A stretch of DNA of 64,000 nucleotides from an uncultured Bacteriovorax sp. (GCA_964508305.1 CAZDSX010000004.1:3359-67358), one strand, 5' to 3'; shown: positions 18,512-28,948, counted from the first letter of the stretch. Program-made: numbers and translations. The notes: generated from the sequence alone by a model not told the origin.

Positions 18512-19892
18512 ACTGCATTCGATTTTCGAAACTCTTCACACCGGGCTGGAGGAGGATGAACAATCCCAGGAGCTGGGGCCTGAGACCCGCACCCGCCGGA
18601 GAACGAAGTTCAAGCACCTCGAAATGGGAGACTCCGAGACGCGACAGCATGGCAGCCTGGAATGCAGGCTGATCGGCGAATTTTCCGGCGACATCGCTCA
18701 CAGGAATCCGCATCGAAACCGGCACGGTGGCAGCCGGAATTCCAACCTGGTCGCGGAAAATCGCCATTCCCGTGTCCCGATGGAACTCAAGGAAGACCAC
18801 CGGGGACTCGGCTCCCTCGGCAAGACAGACCATGACTCTGCGGCCCATCTCCTGGAAGGACCTGGACTTGAGGACGGAGTGCGTCCAATTGCGATCAGGA
18901 ACTCCCGACTGCCCCGACAGGTGCGCCGCGCTCGACCCGCTTTGAATGACCCTGGGGATCAATACTTCGATGCCCTCACGCGAAGAAGCGACTGCGGCGC
19001 CGGCAGGAGCCGACTCGGACACGGAGGTTTGGCTGGAAGTCCGCGCCCGGACGGAACGACAGGCCCGCCGCACTCCCAGAAAGATCAGCCAGGCAAATGC
19101 AGCAACTCCGGCGCCCCAGAGCCATTGGAAGATCGACACACCCCAGGCCGACAGCCAGCGCCAGGCCCGCTCCTGGAGTGAGGGTGCGGCAAGGCCCTGC
19201 GAGACGCGTTCTTCGAGGGTGAGCCAGCCCAGGCTGGGTGAACGGGACCAAAGCGGAAGGACTTCGACCTGGTCGAAAGACCGGGTTGAAGCCGGGTTGG
19301 CAAAATGCTCGTTGCGATCCAGCGAACTTCCCACGAAGGCTCCCTCGGACTGGAACAGCACTTCGCCATCGGAGGTAAAGATCCAGTATCGGCTTCCCTG
19401 CACGGCCTCCGCAGGAACAAATGCACGCGCCGGATCCATGAGCACCATGACGCTTCGATCCGAGAGCTCCGCAGGCTTCTCGAGAAGCACCATCGGGCGC
19501 TCCCAGCCCTGGCGACGGCCCAGCACCATGGCGCGCAACGCACCCCCTGCAGGTGGTTGCGGCACGACGCTCGAGGCAAGCAGCTGCATGACCTGTTGAG
19601 ACTCGAACACTGAAAAAACCGCGCCCTCGGGCTCCGAAAGCTTCCTGACAATCCTCGTGCCGCCAGCCCAGCGCACTTCGATCCAAAGCGCCGTGGAAAC
19701 GCCCACTTCCGAGCGATCTCCACAGCCTTCGCCGGTCCGGAGGCAGCGCGACAGCGCCGATTCGATCCGCGAAAGGCTCTTTTCGAACTGGTCGGCCCAG
19801 GAAATCGTCCGCGCCGGCGCGTCCGAGGCCAGGGCAGGCCCGTTGGAGAGGATCAGCAGCAGGTAGAAAGTGGCGCGAAAGACGCGTAACAT
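18435..19892 (-). CDS. hypothetical exported/membrane protein (signal peptide + one internal TM)
   Basis: N-terminus MLRVFRATFYLLLILSNGPALASDAP. Internal helix WGAGVAAFAWLIFLGV. No recognisable motif. Competing antisense ORFs look low-complexity. Confidence 0.4.
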   Translation of the reverse strand: MLRVFRATFYLLLILSNGPALASDAPARTISWADQFEKSLSRIESALSRCLRTGEGCGDRSEVGVSTALWIEVRWAGGTRIVRKLSEPEGAVFSVFESQQVMQLLASSVVPQPPAGGALRAMVLGRRQGWERPMVLLEKPAELSDRSVMVLMDPARAFVPAEAVQGSRYWIFTSDGEVLFQSEGAFVGSSLDRNEHFANPASTRSFDQVEVLPLWSRSPSLGWLTLEERVSQGLAAPSLQERAWRWLSAWGVSIFQWLWGAGVAAFAWLIFLGVRRACRSVRARTSSQTSVSESAPAGAAVASSREGIEVLIPRVIQSGSSAAHLSGQSGVPDRNWTHSVLKSRSFQEMGRRVMVCLAEGAESPVVFLEFHRDTGMAIFRDQVGIPAATVPVSMRIPVSDVAGKFADQPAFQAAMLSRLGVSHFEVLELRSPAGAGLRPQLLGLFILLQPGVKSFENRMQFERLLAQAGRYHHAILRPAPPQLNA

Positions 19893-19904
19893 GCTGGCTA
19901 CTCA

Positions 19905-21533
19905 ATGGTACCCCAAGTCCTTGTCTTAGGAACAGGAATCGCCGGTCTCTCCACCGCGCTCAAGTTCGCCGAAACAGAGGGCGTCATTCAAGTGACGCTC
20001 ATCTCGAAGGACCGTGCCGACGAGGGCTCGACCCGCTACGCCCAGGGCGGAATTGCATCCGTCTGGTCCGAACAGGATTCCTTTGAGCAGCACATCCAGG
20101 ACACCCTCCAGGCGGGCGCAGGACTCTGCGAGCCCAGGGCCGTTGACCTTTGCGTGCGCGAGGGACCCGGGCGAGTCCGGGAGCTGATCGAGTGGGGCGT
20201 GCGCTTCACCCAAAAACATGCGGGCACCGGCACCGACGAGCATGCGGATTATGACCTTCACCGGGAGGGAGGCCACAGCCAGCGACGGATCCTCCATGCC
20301 GATGACCTCACGGGGCTTGAGATCGAGCGCGCCCTCTTGGAGCAGGTCCGGTCCCACCCCAGGATCCGCGTCCTCGAGCGGCACATTGCCGTCGACCTGA
20401 TCACCGAAGGAAAACTCTTCAAACGATGGCGCAAGCCGGGCCGCTGCCTCGGTGCCTATGTCCTCGACGAATCCACGGGAAACGTTTTGACCCTTGCGGC
20501 CGACCTCACGGTCCTCGCAACGGGGGGCGCCGGCAAGGTCTACCTCTACACCTCCAACCCGGACGTGGCCACCGGTGACGGAGTGGCCATGGCACATCGG
20601 GCGGGCGCGCGCGTGGCAAACCTCGAGTTCATGCAGTTCCACCCCACCTGCCTGTTCCATCCCGAGGCGCGCACATTCCTGATTTCCGAGGCGCTCCGGG
20701 GCGAAGGGGCTGTGCTGCGCAACCTTGCAGGCGAAGCATTCATGGAACGCTACCACCCGCTCAAGGACCTCGCGCCGCGAGATATCGTGGCCCGGGCGAT
20801 CGACTCCGAGATGAAGCGGACCGGCGATCGCCACGCATGGCTGGATGCCTCCGCCATCGTCGAAGCGTCCAGGAAGTTTCCGAACATCAGCGAGACTTGT
20901 CGACGGCTTGGAATCGACATCGCATCCCAGCCCATCCCGGTCGTTCCAGCCGCACACTACCTCTGCGGCGGAATCGTCGTGAACGAAAATGGCGAGACCG
21001 GGATTGAAGGGCTGTATGCCGTGGGCGAAGTAGCGTGCACGGGACTCCATGGGGCAAACCGCCTGGCCAGCAACTCGCTCCTTGAGGCGGTAGTCTATGC
21101 CCACCGGGTTTTTGAGCATGGACTCCATCAACTCACGGCACTGCAAACCTCGCGAGCCTCGGCGGGCGAACTCTCCCCACCCTCGCTTCCTGCCTGGGAT
21201 CCCGGACGCGCCACGCCACTAGAAGAGAAGATCGATATCGCGGCCACCTGGCTCGAGATCCGCAGCCTGATGTGGAACTACGTGGGCATCGTGCGCACCA
21301 ACCCGAGGCTCGAGCGGGCGCGCCGCCGCCTGGAGCTCATCCAGTCCGAGGTCAATGCGTACTACTGGAACAACCTTCTCACGCGCGACCTGATCGAGCT
21401 CAGGAACCTCATCACCGTGGCGGAGCTGATGGTTCGTTGCGCGCTCTCGCGCAAGGAAAGCCGGGGTCTCCATTTCACCATGGATTATCCCGGTTGCGAT
21501 GACGCGCACTTCAGGCGCGATACCGTGATTTGA
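19905..21533 (+). CDS. nadB: L-aspartate oxidase
   Basis: FAD-binding VLVLGTGIAGLSTA and RYAQGGIA motifs; fumarate reductase/succinate dehydrogenase flavoprotein fold. Confidence 0.9.
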   Translation: MVPQVLVLGTGIAGLSTALKFAETEGVIQVTLISKDRADEGSTRYAQGGIASVWSEQDSFEQHIQDTLQAGAGLCEPRAVDLCVREGPGRVRELIEWGVRFTQKHAGTGTDEHADYDLHREGGHSQRRILHADDLTGLEIERALLEQVRSHPRIRVLERHIAVDLITEGKLFKRWRKPGRCLGAYVLDESTGNVLTLAADLTVLATGGAGKVYLYTSNPDVATGDGVAMAHRAGARVANLEFMQFHPTCLFHPEARTFLISEALRGEGAVLRNLAGEAFMERYHPLKDLAPRDIVARAIDSEMKRTGDRHAWLDASAIVEASRKFPNISETCRRLGIDIASQPIPVVPAAHYLCGGIVVNENGETGIEGLYAVGEVACTGLHGANRLASNSLLEAVVYAHRVFEHGLHQLTALQTSRASAGELSPPSLPAWDPGRATPLEEKIDIAATWLEIRSLMWNYVGIVRTNPRLERARRRLELIQSEVNAYYWNNLLTRDLIELRNLITVAELMVRCALSRKESRGLHFTMDYPGCDDAHFRRDTVI

Positions 21534-22098
21534 TCTCCGAGATCTTGAAGACAGACCGGAAAGGGATTCCCTTGGAGGCGAAGAACTCGGAGGCCCCCTG
21601 CTCCCGGTCCACGACCGTCACCACCCCCAGGACTTCAAACCCCGCGTCCATCACCTTCTCGACGGCCTGCCACGCAGATCCACCCGTGGTCGAGACATCC
21701 TCGACGACCACCAGCTTCGCATGGGATGGAACGTGATCCAGTCCCTCGATCACCTTGGAGGTACCGTGCCCCTTGGCCTCCTTGCGAACGATGAACGCAG
21801 GAACGCCGCGCGGATGATGTCGATTGAAGGGTGGATCAAGGCTTCGGACTGAAACGGCCGTGGCGATCGGATCAGCCCCGAGGGTCAGGCCCCCCACCGC
21901 AGCGACATCCTTCAGCCAGCCCTCTCGCTCAAGGAGCGAACAGATCTCCAGCCCCACGCAGCTCGCTCCGTCTGCACTGAGGGTCGTGGCCTTGAGATCG
22001 ATGTAAAAACTGCTCTTCTTGCCCGAAGCCAGAGTGAAGTCGCCCTCACGGTAGCTTTTTTCAAGGATGATCCCGATCAGCTGTTGGCGCGTATCCAT
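21511..22098 (-). CDS. pyrE: orotate phosphoribosyltransferase
   Basis: PRPP-binding loop LVVVEDVSTTGGS; typical OPRTase length. Confidence 0.85.
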   Translation of the reverse strand: MDTRQQLIGIILEKSYREGDFTLASGKKSSFYIDLKATTLSADGASCVGLEICSLLEREGWLKDVAAVGGLTLGADPIATAVSVRSLDPPFNRHHPRGVPAFIVRKEAKGHGTSKVIEGLDHVPSHAKLVVVEDVSTTGGSAWQAVEKVMDAGFEVLGVVTVVDREQGASEFFASKGIPFRSVFKISEIKSRYRA

Positions 22099-22976
22099 GC
22101 TCTCAGGTCCTCGAAGGCCTTCTGTCGGTCAATCTCATTGAAGGATTCATGGTAAAAACCCTCATAGCGCAGGACTTTCTTTCCCGGATGCTCGAGGCGC
22201 CCGGCAAACGCAAGTGTCGCCTCCGAGTCCACGAGCCCGTCGGCCATGGGCACGATGAACTGGACGGGAACAAAAATCCCCCCCGTGCGGGCACTCGCGC
22301 GGGCAATCGCCGAGACCATCTCGGTGAAAAACCGTGGGGTGGCCTTGGAATGGACGAGCTGGTCATTGCGATACGCCTCGACCGCCCGAAGATCATGGCT
22401 GATCAGCCCCGAGTCGAGACCCGTCTCCATCTGGAAGGATCCCAGCACCCGGGACAACAGGTGGCCCGCCGCCTTTTTGATCGCTGGAACCGGGTACTTG
22501 AGGCCGAGCAGAGGCGCACTCAGTGTCGCGCTCTTGAGGAAGATGACGGACTTTTCCTGGAGCATGAGCAGCGAAATCAGTCCGCCCATGCTGTGCCCGA
22601 GCAAGTGCACTGCCGGGGCACGCCCCGACTCGGCCGACGTGAACTCCTGGATGGTCGACTGAAGGAGGGAATAGGCATCATCGATGTACTGATCGAATCG
22701 GTCCACATGTCCGCGCACTCCCTGCGAACGTCCATGACCCCGATGATCCATGCAGATCACGGCATCAATGGAGTCCTCCAGATGCCTTGGGAAGTGGGAA
22801 TATCGGGCGCCATGCTCGCCCTGTCCGTGGACAATGAAGAGCACCCTTGGAACCGCAGGGAGGTTCTTTTTAACGAACTTCGAGATGAACAGGCTCGCCC
22901 TGCCATCGAAGGAAGGCTGGCTTGCCCAGCGATACTCCCATCCCTCCGGAAGATGCTCAGGCGTGCTCACTGACAT
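22077..22976 (-). CDS. alpha/beta hydrolase (lysophospholipase/monoacylglycerol lipase-like)
   Basis: Nucleophile elbow LLGHSMGG and HGQGEHGARY motif. Confidence 0.8.
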   Translation of the reverse strand: MSVSTPEHLPEGWEYRWASQPSFDGRASLFISKFVKKNLPAVPRVLFIVHGQGEHGARYSHFPRHLEDSIDAVICMDHRGHGRSQGVRGHVDRFDQYIDDAYSLLQSTIQEFTSAESGRAPAVHLLGHSMGGLISLLMLQEKSVIFLKSATLSAPLLGLKYPVPAIKKAAGHLLSRVLGSFQMETGLDSGLISHDLRAVEAYRNDQLVHSKATPRFFTEMVSAIARASARTGGIFVPVQFIVPMADGLVDSEATLAFAGRLEHPGKKVLRYEGFYHESFNEIDRQKAFEDLRAWIRANS

Positions 22977-23826
22977 AGCTCTCGATCGCCTTTTTTCCTT
23001 CAGGACTCAGCTTCTCGAATCGGAAGCTGAAGCCCTTGCCATCTTCGAGCTCGCGCACGATCACGCCCTCGGCGACGAAGGCATCAATTCCCTCCTTGGC
23101 CCCGCTGGGCGTGGAGATGTTGAGCTTGAGTACGGTACCTACCGGACCCGGGAGCTCGGATGTCAGGCACTGCATTCCGCCAACGCTCACATCGCGGCAA
23201 AGCCCGGAGAAAACCCGTCCATCGGCCGCCATCATGCTGCGAGCCAGGAGCGGGACCCGCGGGGCACGCCTGCGTTCGATCCTCGATGGCTGCGCTTCGG
23301 CCTCACGCACCGCTTGGGTCGCAGCAGGTTGCGGAGCTCCACCTGAGCGCGACCTGCGGCTCTCCTCAACGCTCTCGGTGAACTCCGGAAGCGCCTTGAG
23401 CTTCTGCCATCCGGTCATGCCTTCGGACCATGCATGGACATCGCCGTGGATCTTTCCGATCCTAAGGAAGCGATGGAGCTCCTCCTCGGTGAATGGACCA
23501 AACTGCGAATCACTATAGTAAAGGAACCACTGGATGGCCTTGGGCACGGGCGGAGGTGCCGACTTTTCCGCGGCAGGCCTCGACGGTGGCTGGGCACTGG
23601 GCTCAGTGGGGACCGCGACCTTGAACGCCGGAATATCGCAGAGCCTCATCCACTTGGCCTGCTCCTTCCGCCAGCCGTAATGAGCCCAGGTCAGGCTCCC
23701 CTGCTGGATGCGTTCAACGATTTCACTGGGTGACATCGGGCCGATCCACTTTTGTGCATCGATGGCGATGTACCAAACGGGCTGGTTCTCGGAAGTCGAG
23801 AACAGGACTTTGGATGTGTTTTCCAT
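22957..23826 (-). CDS. tandem DUF4339 (GYF-like) domains fused to a C-terminal PilZ c-di-GMP-binding domain
   Basis: Two DUF4339-like repeats: WYIAIDAQKWIGPMSPSEIVERIQQGSL...W..L and QWFLYYSDSQFGPFTEEELHRFLRIG...GWQKL. PilZ motifs RRAPRVPL...CRDVSVGGMQ. Confidence 0.7.
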   Translation of the reverse strand: MENTSKVLFSTSENQPVWYIAIDAQKWIGPMSPSEIVERIQQGSLTWAHYGWRKEQAKWMRLCDIPAFKVAVPTEPSAQPPSRPAAEKSAPPPVPKAIQWFLYYSDSQFGPFTEEELHRFLRIGKIHGDVHAWSEGMTGWQKLKALPEFTESVEESRRSRSGGAPQPAATQAVREAEAQPSRIERRRAPRVPLLARSMMAADGRVFSGLCRDVSVGGMQCLTSELPGPVGTVLKLNISTPSGAKEGIDAFVAEGVIVRELEDGKGFSFRFEKLSPEGKKAIESYVSEHA

Positions 23827-23991
23827 GCTGTCCCCAAGTGTAAATGAGCTTGGGCCAAAATCTGTCGAATCTTTTGACAGGTGACAGCCTCTCGCACGCG
23901 GGAGTGCCGCCGCGCTCTCGAAACAGCATCGAAAGTGCCACGCAAGATACCTGAATCATTGGATTATTTAAGTTCCCCGGATGGAGGCACT

Positions 23992-24007
23992 TGGCACCGG
24001 CCTTGCT
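23992..24007 (+). promoter_or_regulatory. sigma-54 (-24/-12) promoter TGGCAC-N5-TTGCT
   Basis: Exact match to the RpoN consensus TGGCAC-N5-TTGCW (GG 23993-94, GC 24005-06, 10-nt spacer). ~30 nt upstream of the lipoprotein start. Confidence 0.65.
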
Positions 24008-24035
24008 CTTAACCTTCCCTGAGGAAGTGCATTTT

Positions 24036-25337
24036 ATGAACAAGAAGACCCTACTGACCCTGACGGCGATTTCGAGCCTCGCACTCACGGCCTGCGGAAA
24101 GCAGACCTTTGAGACGGTCAGCACCGTCTCCCAGAACCAGGCTCCCGGGTACTTCGACCTCGCTCCCAAGGTCGACATCCTGCTCGCACAGGACAACACC
24201 GGCTCAATGAACGAGATCTACAACGACGTCGGAAGCCAGATGCCGGCTTTCCTCGACGATCTCTCCCGCTCCGGCTGGGACTACCACTTTGCATCCATGC
24301 CGCTCACGGCAAGCCAGATGGACCAGCAGCTCTTCAGCCAGGTGCTTGCCTCCAAGCAGGACCGCAACTGGGGAGCTTCCGAGTGGATCCAGCCGTACCC
24401 GGGCGCCTCATTTGGCGATGCGGACTCCGGCGAGGTCAATGCCTCCTACTTCCGCCGCCCCTTTGAATACACCGACTACCACCAGAACCTCGTTCCTTCG
24501 AACGCACTGGGCGGGGTGGAACCGGGCATGGAGACCGTGCGTCGCCAGCTCAAGAACCACATGGCTGACAGCAATTTCCACCGCCAGGACGCACTGCTCG
24601 TCGTGATCGTGGTCGGAAACGGTGACGACACTTCGGGCCGCAAGATCTGCCGTCGCTGGGACGGCTACGAGGCTCCGTGTGATGCTCCCGGCATGGGTTC
24701 GGCAACTGCCATCCGCTGCGGAACTCCCGGCGCCGTGCTCGCCGACAACTGCAGCCCCGGCGCACTGGCCTCGAACCCCGGCAACCTCGTGCCGGGAACC
24801 GCAGCCTACGCCAAGGAATTCTACAAGCAGCAGCTCCAGGCCCTTCGTCCGAGCTCATCGCAGATCAAGCTCTTTGCTGCAGTCTCGGGCGCATCGGGCA
24901 CCTCGAACTGCCGCGGACACGGCTCACTGGCCGGCGCACAGTACATGTCGATTGCCTCCGCGCTCGGCGGCTCATCGCATGACATCTGCGCAAACAGCGC
25001 AGGCGCCGTGCTTGCTAGCATCAGGAGTGCGCTCAATATCCAGAAGCTCGCTCTCCGCACCATCTACCTCATGATGGATGCCGAGCCGGACACCGCATCG
25101 ATCCGCGTGGTTCGATATATCGGCGGCGACCGTAACCAGGCAGTGGACGTCCCCCAGGACGCCACCAACGGCTGGACCTACGCAGGCTTGATCCAGGACC
25201 AGCCGCGCGTGGTCACTGACGGCCCGAACCCGGTCACCATGAACACGGCCACGGGCTGGGCGGTCAGGCTCAACGGAACCGCAAGGCTCCAGGGCTCGGA
25301 TACGGCGGAAGTCATCTTCCTCCCCCGCACCAACTGA
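24036..25337 (+). CDS. lipoprotein with vWA-like (MIDAS DNTGS) domain, hypothetical
   Basis: Lipobox LALTAC after MNKKTLLTLTAISS. VDILLAQDNTGSMNE resembles the vWA MIDAS DxSxS/DxTxS motif. Cys-rich central region. Confidence 0.6.
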   Translation: MNKKTLLTLTAISSLALTACGKQTFETVSTVSQNQAPGYFDLAPKVDILLAQDNTGSMNEIYNDVGSQMPAFLDDLSRSGWDYHFASMPLTASQMDQQLFSQVLASKQDRNWGASEWIQPYPGASFGDADSGEVNASYFRRPFEYTDYHQNLVPSNALGGVEPGMETVRRQLKNHMADSNFHRQDALLVVIVVGNGDDTSGRKICRRWDGYEAPCDAPGMGSATAIRCGTPGAVLADNCSPGALASNPGNLVPGTAAYAKEFYKQQLQALRPSSSQIKLFAAVSGASGTSNCRGHGSLAGAQYMSIASALGGSSHDICANSAGAVLASIRSALNIQKLALRTIYLMMDAEPDTASIRVVRYIGGDRNQAVDVPQDATNGWTYAGLIQDQPRVVTDGPNPVTMNTATGWAVRLNGTARLQGSDTAEVIFLPRTN

Positions 25338-25351
25338 TCACTCATTAAAAA

Positions 25352-26275
25352 TCAACGGGCAGAGCCCGAGGAGCGGGTCCGAGAGCCGGTCGACGGCGCG
25401 GACCCGCTTCCGTTTTGGGGTTGCAGGGCCTTTTGCGGGCGCCCCGAAACGCGTCGATCTTCAACATGCACGGGAACGGCGTCCTGCTCCTTCTTTGCGG
25501 CGATCCTCTCAAAGGAGCGCTGAAGGAACTTCACACAGGCCGGACCTGCCTTCTTGGTCCTCGAGTCGTAATACCCGGGATTGCGGAGCATATTCCGAAT
25601 TCCCATCTCCACGTTCAGTGCAGGACAGAGCATCGCAATCCGTCCAAAACACTTGGAGTCGCTTTCGGGCCGGCAGTCCAGCAAACCGTCGAAAAATGCC
25701 TCCGCACCCTTTTCAGCCCTAAAAAAATCCATGGACTGGCACCGGGAGAAGGCCTCCTCAGGCCGGTTGCGGATCAGCTCAACATAGCGACCAAACCGGG
25801 CGATCGCATCAGCACTGGAAGCACCCCTTTGGATCCGATCGGGCGACTGCTGAAGGATTCCGTAATTGGTCTGATGATCATAGCGAACACTGCGATCCTT
25901 CTCACGCTGCAGCCGCGTCTCAACCTGCTCACGCGACCAACGCACCGAGGATGCCTGCGGATGGGTCCAGTCAAACGCGGCCGCAGCCGTGTGGCTGCTC
26001 ATGTCGGTCACATTGGTGGGATCCCCGCCCGACTCTTTCAGGGCAAATGCGAGCGCCTTGCTCGCCACTTTTGCCAGCTCGGCAGGATCAGCACCTTCTC
26101 TTGAGACCCTGGGCGTCGCACTGAGGACCACTGAGACCAGCGAGTGGGATACGGCACGCCCATGGACACAGCACTCGAGTTCCTCTTTGCAGGCGGCCAG
26201 CGCGGAGGACAGTCCGGGAAGAACTCCCGAGACCAAAAGAGCCGCTGATAGTGGGACGCGAAGCCGAACCCTCAT
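25352..26275 (-). CDS. secreted hypothetical protein (signal peptide, several conserved Cys)
   Basis: MRVRLRVPLSAALLVSGVLPGLSSALAA signal. No recognisable motif. Confidence 0.5.
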   Translation of the reverse strand: MRVRLRVPLSAALLVSGVLPGLSSALAACKEELECCVHGRAVSHSLVSVVLSATPRVSREGADPAELAKVASKALAFALKESGGDPTNVTDMSSHTAAAAFDWTHPQASSVRWSREQVETRLQREKDRSVRYDHQTNYGILQQSPDRIQRGASSADAIARFGRYVELIRNRPEEAFSRCQSMDFFRAEKGAEAFFDGLLDCRPESDSKCFGRIAMLCPALNVEMGIRNMLRNPGYYDSRTKKAGPACVKFLQRSFERIAAKKEQDAVPVHVEDRRVSGRPQKALQPQNGSGSAPSTGSRTRSSGSAR

Positions 26276-26306
26276 GGGTTCAAGTGTACTTGAGTCGTAA
26301 GTCCGG

Positions 26307-26963
26307 TCAAAACTTCATCTCGGGGACGTCGCCGGCAACACTGAGCTTGGCTTCGGTCGCCTTCAAGATCTCATCCACCGAGACTCCGGGCGCACGCTCG
26401 CGAAGCACCAGTCCCTGCGGTGTCACATCCATGACAGCAAGCTCTGTTACGATCTTCTTCACGCAGTGCGTGCCGGTGAGCGGGAGCTGGCACTTCTTGA
26501 GCACCTTGGAGCTCCCATCCTTGGCCACATGCTGCATGGCCACGATCACATTGCGGGCGCCTGCCACGAGATCCATCGCGCCGCCCATTCCCTTGACCAT
26601 CTTGCCGGGAACCATCCAGTTGGCGAGGCTTCCCGTCTCGTCGACTTCCATTGCGCCAAGCACCGTGAGGTCAACTTTTCCGCCGCGGATCATCGCAAAC
26701 GAATCGGCACTCGAAAAAAACGCGGCCCCCGGGATTGCCGTGACGGTTTCCTTGCCGGCATTGATGAGGTCAGCGTCCATCTCGGACTCGGTGGGATAAG
26801 GCCCCATTCCCAGAAGTCCGTTTTCGCTCTGAAGGATGACCGTCATGCCCTTGGGAATGTAGTTTGCCACCAGCGTGGGGATGCCGATGCCGAGATTGAC
26901 GTAGTATCCGTGGCGAAGCTCCTGGGCGATGCGCTGGGCGATTTGCTCGCGTGAAAGTGCCAT
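26307..26963 (-). CDS. scoB: 3-oxoacid CoA-transferase subunit B
   Basis: [13 protein letters not shown]...NLGIGIPT...SENG motif of CoA-transferase B subunits. RBS GAGGCAGGGA upstream of ATG 26961-26963. Confidence 0.85.
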   Translation of the reverse strand: MALSREQIAQRIAQELRHGYYVNLGIGIPTLVANYIPKGMTVILQSENGLLGMGPYPTESEMDADLINAGKETVTAIPGAAFFSSADSFAMIRGGKVDLTVLGAMEVDETGSLANWMVPGKMVKGMGGAMDLVAGARNVIVAMQHVAKDGSSKVLKKCQLPLTGTHCVKKIVTELAVMDVTPQGLVLRERAPGVSVDEILKATEAKLSVAGDVPEMKF

Positions 26964-26967
26964 GGAT

Positions 26968-27678
26968 TTATCCCTGCCTCGTGGTCTTGCGCTCGATGCG
27001 CTTTTGGTAGTTCGAACCCTGGAAAATCCGGTGCACGTAAATGCCCGGCGTATGGACGTGGTCGGGATCAAGGGTGCCGACCGGCACGAGCTCTTCGACT
27101 TCTGCGATGCAGATCCTTCCACAAGTTGCCATCATGGGATTGAAGTTGCGTGAGGTCTTGCGGAACACGAGGTTTCCGTAAGCATCTCCCCGCCACGCCT
27201 TCACGATCGAAAAGTCAGCCACGATCGAGCGCTCGAGCACATACTTGCGCCCGTCAAACTCACGCACATCCTTGCCTTCGGCCACGACCGTGCCCACTCC
27301 GGTGGGAGTGAAGAAGGCAGGAATCCCCGCGCCACCGGCACGGCACTTTTCAGCAAGAGTCCCCTGTGGGGTGAGTTCGATCTCGAGCTCGCCCGAGAGC
27401 ACGAGCTGCTCAAAAAGTTTGTTCTCGCCCACGTAGCTCGAAATCATCTTCTTGACCTGGCGCTTTTGGAGCATGAGCCCGATGCCAAAATCATCGACGC
27501 CTGCATTGTTCGAAACGCAGGTCAGGTTTTTCACACCCTTCTCAACGAGTGCGCCGATCGTGTTCTCTGGAATCCCGCAGAGGCCAAATCCACCCAGAGC
27601 CAGGATCGCACCGTCCGGGATGTCCTTCACCGCCTCGCGCGGACCTGCGACGACCTTCGAAAAAACCGGCGCGCTCAT
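26968..27678 (-). CDS. scoA: 3-oxoacid CoA-transferase subunit A
   Basis: [10 protein letters not shown] motif of CoA-transferase A subunits. Confidence 0.85.
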   Translation of the reverse strand: MSAPVFSKVVAGPREAVKDIPDGAILALGGFGLCGIPENTIGALVEKGVKNLTCVSNNAGVDDFGIGLMLQKRQVKKMISSYVGENKLFEQLVLSGELEIELTPQGTLAEKCRAGGAGIPAFFTPTGVGTVVAEGKDVREFDGRKYVLERSIVADFSIVKAWRGDAYGNLVFRKTSRNFNPMMATCGRICIAEVEELVPVGTLDPDHVHTPGIYVHRIFQGSNYQKRIERKTTRQG

Positions 27679-28862
27679 GCGAGCACCTCAAGGCAAACTG
27701 CCGTCGCCTCACCGCCCCCGATGCAAATCCCGGCAACACCTTTTTTGAGGCCCTTGTCCTTGAGCGCGCTGATGAGAGTCACCAAAATACGGGCTCCGCT
27801 TGCGCCGATGGGATGGCCGAGCGAAATACCGCCGCCCCAGACGTTGAGCTTGTCGTTGGGGATCTCGAGCTCCTTGCGCGCTGCCATCGAGACGACTGCA
27901 AACGCCTCGTTCACTTCCCAGAGATCAACAGAAGCCTTGTCCCAGCCTGCCTTTTTGAGCGCGCGGCGCATGGCCTCGGCGGGAGCGGTCGTGAACCACT
28001 CGGGCTCCTGCGCAAAACTCCCGTAGGAAACGAGCTTGGCCAAGGGCTTGAGGCCAAGCTGCTTGGCCTTGTCGGCCGACATCAGAACCAGCGCTGCTGC
28101 GCCGTCATTGATCGTCGAAGCATTGGCTGCCGTCACCGAACCTGCCTTGTCGAAGGCGGGCTTGAGAGTCGGGATCTTGTCGAACTGAACCTTGGCAGGC
28201 CCCTCGTCCGAATCCACGATCACATCTCCCTTTTTGGAGCTGATCTTGACCGGCGCGATCTCAGCCTTGAACTTGCCTGCCGCCTGCGCCTCTTGAGCGC
28301 GCTTGAAGCTCTGGATCGCAAACGCATCCTGCTCCTCGCGCGAGAACTTCCACTCACGCGCACAAAGCTCGCCACAGTTGCCCATGTGCTGGTTCTTGTA
28401 AGGATCCCAGAGTCCGTCATGCACCATCGCATCGATGAGCTGCGTGTGGCCCATACGAGCGCCAGCGCGAGCAGCCGGCATGACGTAGGGAGTGTTGCTC
28501 ATGCTTTCCATGCCGCCAGCCACGACCACATCGGAGTCACCGAGTGCGATCGACTGCATTCCCATCATCACCGCTTTCATGCCGCTTCCGCAGACCTTAT
28601 TGATAGTCGTGGCGGGAGCTGACTTCGGGAGCCCCGCACCGATGGACGCCTGCCTTGCGGGGGCCTGACCGACTCCGGCCTGGAGCACATTGCCCATGAT
28701 CACTTCTTCAACCTGCTCTGGCTTGATTCCTGCGCGCTCGACTGCGGCCTGGATGGCCGCTGCACCCAATTGCGGCGCCGTGAGACTCGAAAGCGAGCCC
28801 TGGAAGCTACCCAGTGGGGTTCTAGCGATGGCAACGACAACGACGTCACGTGAAGTATTCAT
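27675..28862 (-). CDS. acetyl-CoA C-acetyltransferase (thiolase II)
   Basis: Active-site [12 protein letters not shown]-terminal [11 protein letters not shown] and CIGGGEATA motifs. Start at [10 protein letters not shown] (ATG 28860-28862). Confidence 0.9.
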   Translation of the reverse strand: MNTSRDVVVVAIARTPLGSFQGSLSSLTAPQLGAAAIQAAVERAGIKPEQVEEVIMGNVLQAGVGQAPARQASIGAGLPKSAPATTINKVCGSGMKAVMMGMQSIALGDSDVVVAGGMESMSNTPYVMPAARAGARMGHTQLIDAMVHDGLWDPYKNQHMGNCGELCAREWKFSREEQDAFAIQSFKRAQEAQAAGKFKAEIAPVKISSKKGDVIVDSDEGPAKVQFDKIPTLKPAFDKAGSVTAANASTINDGAAALVLMSADKAKQLGLKPLAKLVSYGSFAQEPEWFTTAPAEAMRRALKKAGWDKASVDLWEVNEAFAVVSMAARKELEIPNDKLNVWGGGISLGHPIGASGARILVTLISALKDKGLKKGVAGICIGGGEATAVCLEVLA

Positions 28863-28924
28863 GATGGCCTTGGGTTTTAAGGCAAAAACTGAACGAAATC
28901 CAAAGCAATCCCCGTCCGCTTTTG

Positions 28925-28948
28925 ACCCTGTGTCACCGCCCACACAGG
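28925..28948. promoter_or_regulatory. palindromic candidate operator CCTGTGTCACCGCCCACACAGGG with TGTCAC repeat
   Basis: Inverted repeat CCTGTGT...ACACAGG in the divergent region between the thiolase operon and the 29000 gene. Confidence 0.3.

Noticed and set aside
19926-21146. 406-aa minus-strand ORF
   Set aside because: Antisense to nadB, which has unambiguous FAD-binding motifs.
27549-28622. 357-aa plus-strand ORF
   Set aside because: Antisense to the thiolase gene.
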